Positions 52,843-64,000 of a DNA stretch of 64,000 bases are shown piece by piece. The notes beneath the pieces are model-generated. The model saw only the letters and a list, made by a program, of their open reading frames with translations. It ran no database searches and had not been told where the DNA came from. The first letter of the stretch is position 1. Every line of letters starts with the position of its first letter. A program made the position numbers and the translations under genes. The stretch lies in the NCBI RefSeq assembly GCF_009914755.1, contig NC_060933.1, one strand, 5' to 3'. This DNA comes from the human T2T-CHM13v2.0 reference genome, Homo sapiens.

Positions 52843-54410
52843 TGATGGCAGCAACTGCCCATCTGGAGTGGCTGCTGCAAATATGCCAGCTGCAGCAGGG
52901 GAGGTGTTGCCTGGGCTGTGGGCTCTGTGGAACTGGTGGGACCAGGAAGAGGCAGCACTGCACCCCCTACTGAGTTGGTGGGACAGGAGCTCTGCACTCC
53001 CAGGCACAGCTTCAGCTGTGCAGCCACAGCTCGGGACCTGAGCATCCCCAAGCTCTTGGGGACCCAAGATGCCTCCCTGCCTCTGTGAGCTTAGAAGTGC
53101 GTGCTTCCACTCCCTGGTCTCTCCCTGCTCCAGGCCCACTCTGGTGCAGAGCAAAGTTGAAGTCAATCCCAGGCACTGTTGCAACCTGGCTGGATGTGTA
53201 TGCACTTGGGCCAGTGTTGACATGGCAGCACCCTGCTGCTTGGCCTCCTCTGGACTTTGGGTGCCAATGAGCATGGGAGGGAGGATGGGGCAATCCTGAG
53301 GGTGACACAGAATAAGCCTGCAGGCACCCCTCATCATGAATAGCCCAAGAACCATGGATGGGATGTTGACGGTGGTGGGAGGCAGACAGATTCCTGGGTA
53401 GAAAGGGGCAGGTCCCTAGTGAAGCCCCACCTTCAAGCCAAGGATGGCTTGAAGCCTGGATGCCAGGCTGCCAGTTCCGGGTGGTGTCTTTGGCCCAGAG
53501 TGAGAACTTATGGTGCTTTTACCAGGCTGCCCATGTCTACCCATGGCCACCCATGGACCAATCAACATGAATTTCCTCCCTTCTGAGTCCATAAAAACCC
53601 CAGACTCAGCTAGACTCACACAGATGTCTGAACTACCAGCTGTGGGAAGGAGCTACCCACTTCAGGTCTCCTTGACTCATCAGGATGACCTGCTTGTAGA
53701 AAGGAGCTATCCACTATGGGTCTACTCTGTGCTGAGAGCTGACACTCATTTGGAAGACTTGCCTGCATAAAGGAGCTACCCACTTTGGGTCTCCTGAGAG
53801 CTGTTCTGTCAATCAATGAAGCTCCTTTCTGCCTTGCTCACCCTCTAGTTGTCCACATAACTCATTCTTTCTGGATGCAGGACAAGAACTTGAGACCTGC
53901 TGAATGGTGGGCCTGAAAGAGCCATAACACAAGGAGGGCTGAAACATGGCCACAGCTCACCACATTGCAGGCAATGAGAAAGAGAGAAGACCTGTGGCCT
54001 TTTGGGAAGCCCAGACTTAGGGGCTCCCGAACAAGGGCTGTGACACCCTCTTTGAGGCTTTACGGTTCCTGGCGTCTCAAAGCCTCTGGGCACCACCACA
54101 TTCCCTGGTGCCTGCAGTGGAAGCCGCTTGGGGTACACCTGGTTCAGCTGAAGCCTCACATGGAGCTGGTGCCTGTGCCAGTGCCTGGAGCTGCCCACCC
54201 TGCCATAGCTGGCACACCTGGCTGTTTGCAGTGGCCAGACCCAGGATTCACTCACACACCCCTCGCCGCTCCACACCTGGCTTGCCCTTGGCAGGCATGG
54301 GATCCAGGACAGTAGCATGAGCCAAGCGCAGCCTGCCAGGCAGAGTGGGTGGAACTAGCCCAAGTAGAGGTGCTGCAGGCCACAGAGGTTTCTGGCTGGT
54401 GAAGTGACAC
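52843..54410 (+). mobile_element. MER52-family ERV1 solo LTR inside L1 ORF2, 3' terminus clipped
   Basis: TGATGGCAGC..ctggagtggctgctgc; internal aggagctacccact repeats; ends ggccacagaggtttctggctggtgaagtgacac; L1 resumes aatgataaagg. Confidence 0.85.
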
Positions 54411-56835
54411 GCTAAATGATAAAGGAATCAATTCAACAACAGGATTAAACAATTGTAAATATACATGCACCCAACATTGGAGCACTTAAATATATAAATC
54501 AAGTATTATTAGATCTAAAAACAGTGGTAGACTACAATACAATAATAGTAAGAGACCTCAACACCTCACTGAAAAATGGACAAATCATCTAGGCAGAACG
54601 CCAACAAAGAAACAGACTTAAACTGCATCATAGACCAAATAGACCTAAGAGACATTTACAGAACATACCGTTCAACAGCTGCAAGATATACATTTTTCTC
54701 AACTGCATATAAAATATTCTCCAGGATAGATGATTTGTTAGGCCACCAAAAAAGTCTTAACAAAATTAAGAAGGTAAAGATTATATGAAGTACCTTTTCT
54801 GGCCACAGTGGTGTAAAATTAGAAATTAACAAAAAGGAAAACTTTAGAAATTTTACAAATATATGGAGATTATACAACATGATCCCAAATAATCAATGTG
54901 TCAATGAAGGAATTAAAAGAAAAATTTAAAAATTTCTTGAGATAAATGAGAACCTATGGGACACAGCAAAAGCAGTTCTAAGATGCAAGCTTATAGCCAT
55001 AAACACCTACATCATAAAGGAAGAAAGAATTCTATTAAACAACCTAATTTTGTACCTCAAGGAACTAGAAAGGTAAGAACAAACTAAATTCAAATTGGTA
55101 GCAGAAAGGAAATAATAAAGGTCAGTGCAGAAATAAACAAAATAGAAACCAAAATAACAATTCAAATGATCAATAAAATAAAAAATTGATTATTTGAAAA
55201 TATAAACAAAACTGATAAACCTCCAGCTACTTTAAGAAAAATGAGAGAATACTCAAATAAAATAAGATATGAAAAAGAGACATTACAACTGATACCACAG
55301 GAATACAAAAGGTCATAAGAGACTATTATGAACTATATGCCAACAAATTTGACAATATAGAAAAAAATGCAAATTCATAGACACAACTACCAAGATTAAA
55401 TCATGCAGAAACAGAACATCTGAAAAGACCAATATTGAGTGAAAGGATTGAATCAGTAATATGATGTATTCCATCAAACAAATCAAAGTCCAGAACCTAA
55501 TGGCTTTGTCTCTGAATTCTACTAATCATTTAAAGAAGAACTAATATCTAATATCAATCTAATAGTCTCAAACTATTCCAGAAAGTTGAAGAGGAAGCCA
55601 CACTTCCAAACTCATTTTACAAGGCTGCAATACCCTGATTCCGAAACCAGACAAAGTCACAATAAAAATGAAAACGGGAGGCCAATATCGCAGATGGAAA
55701 TAGATGCAAAGACGCTCAAAAAGATACTAGTAAACTGTAGCACATGAAAAAGGTCATTCACTATGATCAAGTGGGATTCATCCTAGGGATGAAAAGATAG
55801 TTCAACATATGCAAATAAATAAATGTGATACAGGAAATCACCAGAAAAAAAATCATTTCAATAGACACAGAAAAAGCATTTGATAAAATGCAATATCCTT
55901 TAACGATAAAATCTCTCAATAAGTTACCTCAACACAGCAAAGGCCATATACAACAAACCCACAACTAACATATACTGAATGGAGAAAAGCTGAAGCTCTT
56001 TCTCCAAGATTAGGAACAAGATGAAGGTCTCCACTTTTACCACTGTATTCACCATAGTATGGGAAGTCCTAGCCAGAGCAATTAGGCGAGAATGAAAATA
56101 AAAGGCATACAAATTGGAAAAGAGGAGGTAAAATTATCCCTGTTTGTAGATGATGTGATATTATACATAGAAACCCTAAAAACTTCGCCAAAAAAACTGT
56201 TAGAGCTAATAAATGAATTCAGTGAATTCACAGAATACTAAATCAACATCAGTAGCATTTCTATATGCTAACAGTAAGCTATCTGAAAAAGAAATCAAGA
56301 AAACAAAAATTGTATATCCACATGCAGAAGAATGAAACTAGATCCCTACATCTTACCATATACAAAAATCCACTCAAAATGGATTAACAACTTAAATGTA
56401 GAAACTGAAACTATAAGCTACTAGAAGAAAATATAGGAGAAATCTTTTATAATATTGGGCTTGGCAGGGACTTTTAAAATAAGACCTCAAAAACATAGGC
56501 AACAAAACAAAAATAGACTAATGAAATTAAATCAAACTAAAAAGCTTTGCACAGCAAAGGAACAGTTAACAGAGTAAAGAGACAATGTACAGAATAAAAT
56601 ATTTGCAAACTATACATCAGACGAGGGGTTAATAATCAGAATATATAAGGAGCTTAACAGCAAAAGTACAAACAACTTGATTTAAAAATGGGCAAAATAC
56701 CTTGATAGACATCTATAGAAAGAATACATAAAATGGCCAACAGGTATATTAAAAATGATCATCATCAGTAATCATCAGAGAAGTACAAAGCAAAATCGCA
56801 ATGCAATATCTCACACCTGTTAAAATGGCTATTTA

Positions 56836-56888
56836 TTCAGTTGACGTAAAAGTAATTGCGTTTTTGCCGTTACTCTGCACCAACCTAA
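56836..56888. mobile_element. MADE1 with internal deletion, inside L1
   Basis: TA + ttcagttgacgtaaaagtaattgcgtttttgccgttactctgcaccaacctaa. Confidence 0.8.
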
Positions 56889-57878
56889 TTTAAAAACAAC
56901 ATAATCAACAACAATAACAAAAGATATTAAGTGTTGGTGAGGATGCAGAGAAAAAGAAACATACACACGGTTGATGAGATTATAAAGCAGGGCAGCTATT
57001 ATGGAATACAGTATGGAGGTTCCTGAAAAAATTGAAAATCAAGCTACTATATGATCCAGCAATGTTGCTACTGGGTATATATCCAAAGGCAATGAAATCA
57101 GCATGTTGAAGAGATGTCTGCACTCCTATATTTATTGCAGCATTATTCATAATAGCCAAGATATGAAATCAACTGATTCAACAGGTAAGTGGGTAAAAAT
57201 AGGGGTATGCATACACATTGAAATACTTTCAGTCAGAAAAAACAATGAAATCCTGCTGTTCATGACAATTTGGATGAATCCAAAGGACATTATATTGAGT
57301 GAAATAAGCCAGACACAGAAAGATAAATAACCCATGATCTTACTCATAGTTGGAAGCAAAAAATATATATATATATATAGATATATATATTGTAGAAGTA
57401 GAGTAGAACAGTGATTACCAAAGATTGGGGAGAAAAGGTGGGATGGGAAGATGGGGACAAGTTGATCAATTTGTACAGGGTCATAATAAGATAGGAAGAA
57501 TTCTAGTATTCTATTATACAGTAGGGTAACTATGGTTAACAACAAGGTATTGTACATTACAAAATAGCCAGAAGAGAGGCTTTTAAATGTTCTCATTGCA
57601 AAGAAATAATAAATGAGGATGAGGTGACAGGCTGATTGCCCTTATTTGATCATTATACACCATGTACATGAATGGAAATATCAAATTCTACTCCATAAAT
57701 ATGTAGTTACAATGTGTGAATTAAAAAATTTAAAAAAATAGTTTCCAATATAAACAAACAGGTGCAACCAAGAACAAAACATGTTTTTTTTCCCTACAAA
57801 AAGTAGTTAGTGATAGTATAATCTGGATCTGGTAAGGGCTTCCTCCATTAGTATCTTAATATTTCAAAGCCCCTGGAA

Positions 57879-58062
57879 TGGTGGTTCTCAAAATGTGATC
57901 ACCTGACCAGCTTTGTCAGCATCACCTTATAACCTGTTCCATATTCGAATTATCAAGCCCTGCCACAGGCCTATGGAATCAGCAACTCTGGTGGAACCCA
58001 GCAATCTGTGCTTTAAAAGGCACTCCAGGTGATTTTCATGCACTCTAAAATGTCATGCCCTG
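57879..58062. mobile_element. MER5A
   Basis: gtggttctcaaaatgtg..cagcatcacct..gaatcagcaactctg..ccaggtgatt. Confidence 0.85.
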
Positions 58063-58444
58063 GTGGAGGACAAGTTGTTCTTAGTATAGGTCACTACTTG
58101 GTAAAGAGGCTTATCACAGCCAGAGCAAAGATTTGGACTAACTAAAGCTATTATGACAGAACTCGTTGCTGTAGTGATACAGAATGCCTTTTCTCCATTT
58201 CTTGGCAGAGACTGGTATCTGAAAGTAGGAGTAGGGATATAAAAATGCTTCCCATTTCAACACAGTGACCAGCTAACATGACATTTAGAGAAAACATGAT
58301 CGAGGTTGGACAAATCACAGTGCTAATTAAAATTAAGCAAGTACGGACAAAATCTAGACTTCCTTACCCATTTTGGGGGAGGTAAATCTCATTGGGTAAA
58401 AGATCTTATTATTAAAAGATCTTTACAGCACATCCCTTCTGCTT

Positions 58445-58619
58445 ATTTATTCTCAGTTTTAGCTGGACATTGGAATCATCTGGGGAACTTTAAAATTACT
58501 GATATTTCAACCCACTATCAGAGAACCAGAAGTTCTGATTTAATTGGTCTGGGATGCAGCAGGATTTTTAAGAAGCTCTTCAGGTGATTCTAATGTAAGG
58601 CCAAATTTAGAAACCACTG
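58445..58619. mobile_element. MER5B
   Basis: cattggaatcatctgggga..ttctgatttaattggtctggg..caggtgattctaatgt..aaaccactg. Confidence 0.8.
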
Positions 58620-58818
58620 CTTAAGCTTTGGTGCTTAAGAATTGCTGCTACTTCTTTTATTCTAGCCCTCCTGTGATGAGATCCAGCTGTAGTTGAGGCT
58701 TATGTTTCTTTTACTCTCATTATAAGATAACACTGAACCCAAAGCAAACCCTGTATGCCACATGGTATAGCTGGATATCCAGAAATATTTGGTTATTTAA
58801 GATATATGCCATTTAAAT

Positions 58819-59340
58819 CAGGGGTCCCCAGCTCCTGGCCCACAGACTGGTACCTGTTAGGAACCAGGCTACACAGCAGGAGGTGAGTGGTGGGCTAGCA
58901 AGGGAGATGAGCTTCATCTGTATTTACAGACACGCCCCATTGCTCACGTTAACACCTGAGCTCTGCCTCCTGTCAGCTCAGCAGCAGTATTGGATTCTTG
59001 TAGGAGCTCGAATCCTATGGGGAACTGCAGATGTGAGGGATATAGGTTGCGCTCTCCTTATGAGAGTCTAACGTCTGATGATCTGTCACTGTCTACCGTC
59101 ACCCCCAAATGAGACCATCTAGTTGCAGGGAAACAAGCTCAGGGTCCTCACTGATTCTACATTATGGTGAGTTGTATAATTATTTCATTATATATTACAG
59201 TGTAATAATAATAGAAATAAAGTGCACAGTAAATGAAATGTGCTTGAATCATCCGGAAACCATCCTCTCCGACGGTGGTTCATAGAAAAATTGTCTTCTA
59301 TGAAACTGGTTCCCAGTGCCAAAAAGGTTGGGGACTGCTG
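58819..59340. mobile_element. MER1A (hAT-Charlie), full length
   Basis: TIRs caggggtcccca / tggggactgctg; perfect 8-bp TSD atttaaat. Confidence 0.95.
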
Positions 59341-59671
59341 ATTTAAATAATATCACTGATCTATTAAAAGCTCACATATACATTGAATTAGTATGTTTGC
59401 TTTTGAAATCTTCATTTTAGGAAGCCATATCTCGAATCTAGTGGTCTTGTCATTACACAAATACCTGGGAATTTTGTTTTAGAGATTTCTTTTTTTAAAC
59501 TCCAGGGATTAAAACCAAAATTGCTCGGTGTTATTTGTGCTGGTGCCATGAAAATCTCCTGCTATCAGACCTTAACTATTATTTAGCAGCTTATTTAGTC
59601 TTTCTGACATAAACCTCACTAATCTTTTCTATGCCTACACTGCTAATATTTCAGGCCGGACCCACTTAAAT

Positions 59672-59857
59672 ATTTTTAAAATGTTGTAATATAGATTCAC
59701 AAGAGGTTACAGAGAATTATATGGGTAACTCGGTGTACGCATCATCCAGCCTCCCCCAAAGCTGACATGTTTCATGAATATAGTATATTATCAATACCAG
59801 GAAATTGACATTCATACAGTTCATAGAGCTTATTCAGATTTTACTAGTTCTATGTGC
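59672..59857 (-). mobile_element. L1MB/MC 3' end fragment
   Basis: tagattcacaagaggttacag..tatagtatattatcaataccaggaaattgacatt. Confidence 0.7.
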
Positions 59858-60111
59858 TGTCTTAGTACATTTGAGCCACTAGTGTCTACCGATGCTGATC
59901 TGTGAGGTAAATCAGATCCTCATCTACCCCAGGTGTGAGGCAGAGAGAGCCTCACTGCTGCAGTCACTGCTTTGCATTAGGCCACTTTTGCTCCAGGTGT
60001 GGGGTGAGGCACCACTGAAGCTACTAGAGCTGTGGATCACAAGGCTGGACCTCGCTTTAGATAATGCTTAGATCTGAATACATAGCGTGAGCCTTGCAGG
60101 CCCTCTGTCTT

Positions 60112-60617
60112 TGTTAATATTTTCTATTGCCGTCATATAACTTACTGTACATTTAGTGACTTAATAAATATATTTATTATCTTAAACTTTATGTCAGAAG
60201 CCTGACAGATCTCAATGGGCTAAAATAAAGGTATTGGCAAGGCTGAATTCATTTCTGAAGGCTCGAGGGCTGAACCCCTTTGCTGGACTTTACCAGCTTC
60301 TAGAAGTCAATTGCAGTTCTTGGTTCAGGTGCCACTTTCTTCATTGTCTAAGCCAGCAATATTGCATCTCTGACCATTCTTCTACTGTCATCTGTCTCTC
60401 TCCTTCCCTCTCCCTCCCCAGATGGGGATAGTTCCCTGCTTTTAAAGACTCATGTGATTTGATTTGATTTGTTCCCTAAGAAAATCCATGATAATCTATT
60501 TCAATGTAACTTTTACAATATCTGTAAAGCCCCTTTTTTCCATATAAGGTAAAATATTCACAGGTTTGGGGGACTAGGGTGAGGATGTCTTTGGGGGCAG
60601 TTATTCTGCCTATCATA
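60112..60617 (-). mobile_element. MLT1D-like solo LTR
   Basis: gggctaaaataaaggtattggcaaggctg..ccagcttctaga..tctttgggggcagttattctgcctatca. Confidence 0.85.
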
Positions 60618-60838
60618 CCCTCAATGAGTGGCCATGAGAAAATTATTGAGCTTTTCTGGTTTTATTTTCCTCATCTATACAAACTGTAGAAGAATATCTA
60701 GTTTGCGTTAGGGAAATAAAATAGCATACAGGTATAGAAAGCAACTAGCACAGAAAGTAAAATTTCATCTTTTTCTTTTACATTATTCACCGAGTACATT
60801 CACTTGAACAGTTACTTTTTTTTAAAAAAAACAGAGTT

Positions 60839-61207
<369 letters not shown>

Positions 61208-62116
61208 TCAGGTGCTATGGGTTGTTTGAATTATCTGAGTTGCAATTAGCTAAACACAGATGTAAAACATTTGATTTTTTGTCTTGTATTCTTTATCCTC
61301 TCCTCCTGTTAAATCTATAAGCCCTTGTCTAGCTACAGTCAGCTTATTTTACTATTTAACCCTAGTTCAATTTAAATTCTCTCTACATCTCTATTATGTG
61401 TCTAGAATTGGATATGGTTGTGGTTCTTAACCCTAGTTGTACATCATAATCATTTGGGGTGTTTTCAAAAAATACTGATGCCGAATTATTATTATGGATA
61501 TTTGGAGAGGGACCTGAGAATAAGAAGCTCTGGCTTGTGGTTTCTGGAGCCAAATTATCGTCGACACTGAGTCAAATCATTCAAGAGATCATTTCTTAAA
61601 AGGATTTTGTCTATCATGACCAATATTCTTCCTTCGCCAATATACTTGATTTGTGCTGATTTGAAAAGCAGCAGCAGTTTGGCCCCCTGAATTATATTCT
61701 CATGCTGTAGAATTATATCTTCAAATGCTCATTTCTTTTTCCTGTTCTCAGCCTCATGGACTCATATCCTTGGGCAACTTTTAACGTACCACATTGTTCT
61801 ACTTACAAACTCAGCAAGTCAAGATTCCCAGTGATGAAAATAGATCTTCTATGGGCACCCCCCTGGGAGTATAGGTCAGTTCCAGACCTATCATATGTTA
61901 GCTGAAGCAGATACAAGTGGTATTGTATTTTTGGCATTCTTCCTAGTTAGTTGTAGAGAGAATAAGACAAAGTTTTATCTCTTTAGGTGTCATCTGAGTG
62001 AATAGGCTGCTCCTCTCCAATGCCTGGTGTGTGCAAAATTAAAGATAGAATGTTATCTCCAGGAGGGATCGACCAGTTCAAATAAACTGCCCACTAAAAG
62101 ATGAGGAACCTGTGGC

Positions 62117-62521
62117 TGAAATGGTTAATTTTACATGACAACTTGGCTAGGCCATGATGCCCAGATATTTGCTCAGACATTATTCTGAGTCATTCTGTGA
62201 AGGTGTTTTTTTTTGGGTGAGATTAACATCTATATGGTGGATTTTGAGTAAAGCTGATTGCCTGCCATGTTTGTGGGACTCATCTAATCAGTTGAAGACC
62301 TTAATGGAAAAAAACCTGACCTCCCATGAGCAAGTAGTAATTCTGCTATCAGACTGCATTCTGCCAGAACTGCAGCTTTTCCTTGGGTCTGCAGCCTGGT
62401 GGCCTACCCTGCAGATTTTGAATTTACCATACCTCCAAAATTGTATGAGCTAACTCCTTTCTCTCTCTCTTTGTTTATAAAACCTCCTGTTTTATTTCTC
62501 TGAAAAAATCTGACTAATACA
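62117..62521 (+). mobile_element. MLT2 (C/D-like) ERVL solo LTR
   Basis: atggttaattttacatgacaacttggctaggcc..catctaatcagttgaagacctt..ctgactaataCA. Confidence 0.88.
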
Positions 62522-62642
62522 GCAGGCCATATAGATAAAGGGATGAGTCCAACTTCACCCAGGTAGAAAGTAGCACAGCGAGAACTAGAATTTAGTCTCA
62601 TGAATCATTGACTCACAGTCTCTGATGAACACTAAGCCAGCA

Positions 62643-62859
62643 CTGGAGTTGGGAAACTATGGCCAACTGATCAAATTCTGCTTGGCTCCTGGTTTTGTAA
62701 ATAAAGTCTTATGGAACACATACAATACATTAATGTATTGTATATGGGTGTTTTCATGCTAAAACAGCAGAGTTGAGCAATTGCAATGGAGAAGTATGAC
62801 CCGCAAAATCTAAAATGTTTACCTTCTTACCTTTTACAGAAAAAGTTTGCTGACCCCTG
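62643..62859. mobile_element. MER58A
   Basis: gttgggaaactatggcc..ttttgtaaataaag..tttacagaaaaagtttgctgacccctg. Confidence 0.88.
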
Positions 62860-64000
62860 CCCTAGAATGGCATCTGATTCCTGACCACTCTAAGGGGAAT
62901 AATTCATGCACATTGGGTCAGATGATCAATTTCTTGTTCTGCTTAGGTCAATGATCTCTTAAATTTTATTCCTCCCAGGTGGCCAAATTGGAAAGGAATA
63001 GCTGAAGACATGCAGATATGTTTTGCTATGTCTGTTCACCTCACGCTGCTCCCTGTGGTTCTCAGAACTGGTCTATTCTAACCACCTACCACTCATTTCT
63101 TCATGGCTCTGGCTTCACATACTTGGCAACAGATCTGTTTCTTCTTCTATCCTGGATGACCCATTCCATGGACTGATAATGGAAGCAATATCTTACTCTA
63201 TATAATTTGTCTTTGATACTGTCTATCTTGGGGTCTTCATATATGTCCTAGTTGGCCAGTCAAACCCTGTCTTTTGCTACTACTACTAATAACCCATTTT
63301 GTAGAATGAATTTGGCTGAATTCACCGAATTATCCATTTAGAAACCATTTGTGGCCTGTCACTAGGTTTTAGCACAGGTGTAGAAACTTGGGTTAGTATC
63401 TATATTTAAATCAACCTAACTGGTCAAAAACTTGTTGTTTACTACTTTACTACACAAGCAACTTCTCCTATCTTTCCATCGATGTCAAAAGTATAATATT
63501 TTATTGTTTAAATTATTTAGAGAATTAGATTCTCCATTTCAAGGAGCATTGGAATATGGAGACTTAGTGTGATGTAACTATTTTATGATATTATTTCTAA
63601 AATGTTGAGTTAGGCTTTGAAATTTGGCCAAGAGAGGGCAAAAAAGAAATTGAAAAATTAAGAGTGGAAAAAACTTCTGATGGCATTAATACTTAATAAA
63701 GATTTCATTTTGATCAATAGTTTAGGCCATTGGAAAATAACTGATAAGTTTTTATTCCCTCCCCTTAGTAATATTCTGTTCTTTGTCATTTTTTATAATA
63801 TAAAACTTAATCACTAAAATGTTCAGGGCCCTTTTTCATTTTTTAAACAAATCTATATCTAGATGAAGGTAGAATTTACTTATTACTAGAGCCTTGGACT
63901 TGTGACTCCAGCTCTGTCTTCTTTCTATCATGCCTGCTAAATTTCTAACTTCCTGGACATTAGGTAATCATTCTGCTTCTGTCCCCTTCCTCAATATATA

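Larger units (their letters stand above)
49710..57738 (+). mobile_element. Near-full-length decayed L1MA (L1MA4/5-like 3' end) with 5'UTR, ORF1 and ORF2 remnants
   Basis: ORF1 peptide KDRILKVAREK..LQARRKWDGILKVLKEK (ORF 51697); endonuclease peptide MDKSSRQ..DIYRT..FSRIDDLLGH (ORF 54576); RT F(V)DD at ~56143; internal deletion at ~56306; 3'UTR and A-rich tail. Confidence 0.92.

Noticed and set aside
52697-54485. Longest ORFs in the window (171 and 157 aa)
   Set aside because: Lie within the GC-rich MER52 LTR; chance ORFs on both strands.
49710-57738. Potentially active full-length L1
   Set aside because: Many stops and frameshifts, three nested insertions and an internal ORF2 deletion.

Overview
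This is primate (probably human or great-ape) non-coding DNA, AT-rich and dominated by transposable elements. I find no supportable protein-coding gene, RNA gene or CRISPR array. The translated ORFs are Alu, L1, Tigger1 or LTR artefacts, or chance ORFs. Main elements: about 19 Alu/FLAM copies; a near-full-length decayed L1MA (49.7-57.7 kb) carrying MER52, AluJ and MADE1 inserts; a Tigger1 inside an old L1; a complete MSTA provirus splitting an AluJ; and an LTR12 solo LTR splitting an AluY, with a perfect AGGA target-site duplication (TSD). There are also LTR8, THE1, MST, MLT1 and MLT2 solo LTRs and several hAT MITEs. I cannot support a new multi-gene biological system. The most striking unexplained structure is a set of locally templated inverted insertions: a 190-bp inverted copy of flanking DNA inside one MSTA LTR, a 72-bp inverted copy of DNA from 1.4 kb away inside a TA/CA microsatellite, and two fold-back palindromes replacing repeat consensus. 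Two AluY insertions also have atypical junctions (an Alu-L1 3' chimera, and an Alu with inverted instead of direct flanks). Repeat subfamily names come from recalled consensus sequences and need RepeatMasker/Dfam confirmation. Boundaries of old repeats are approximate.
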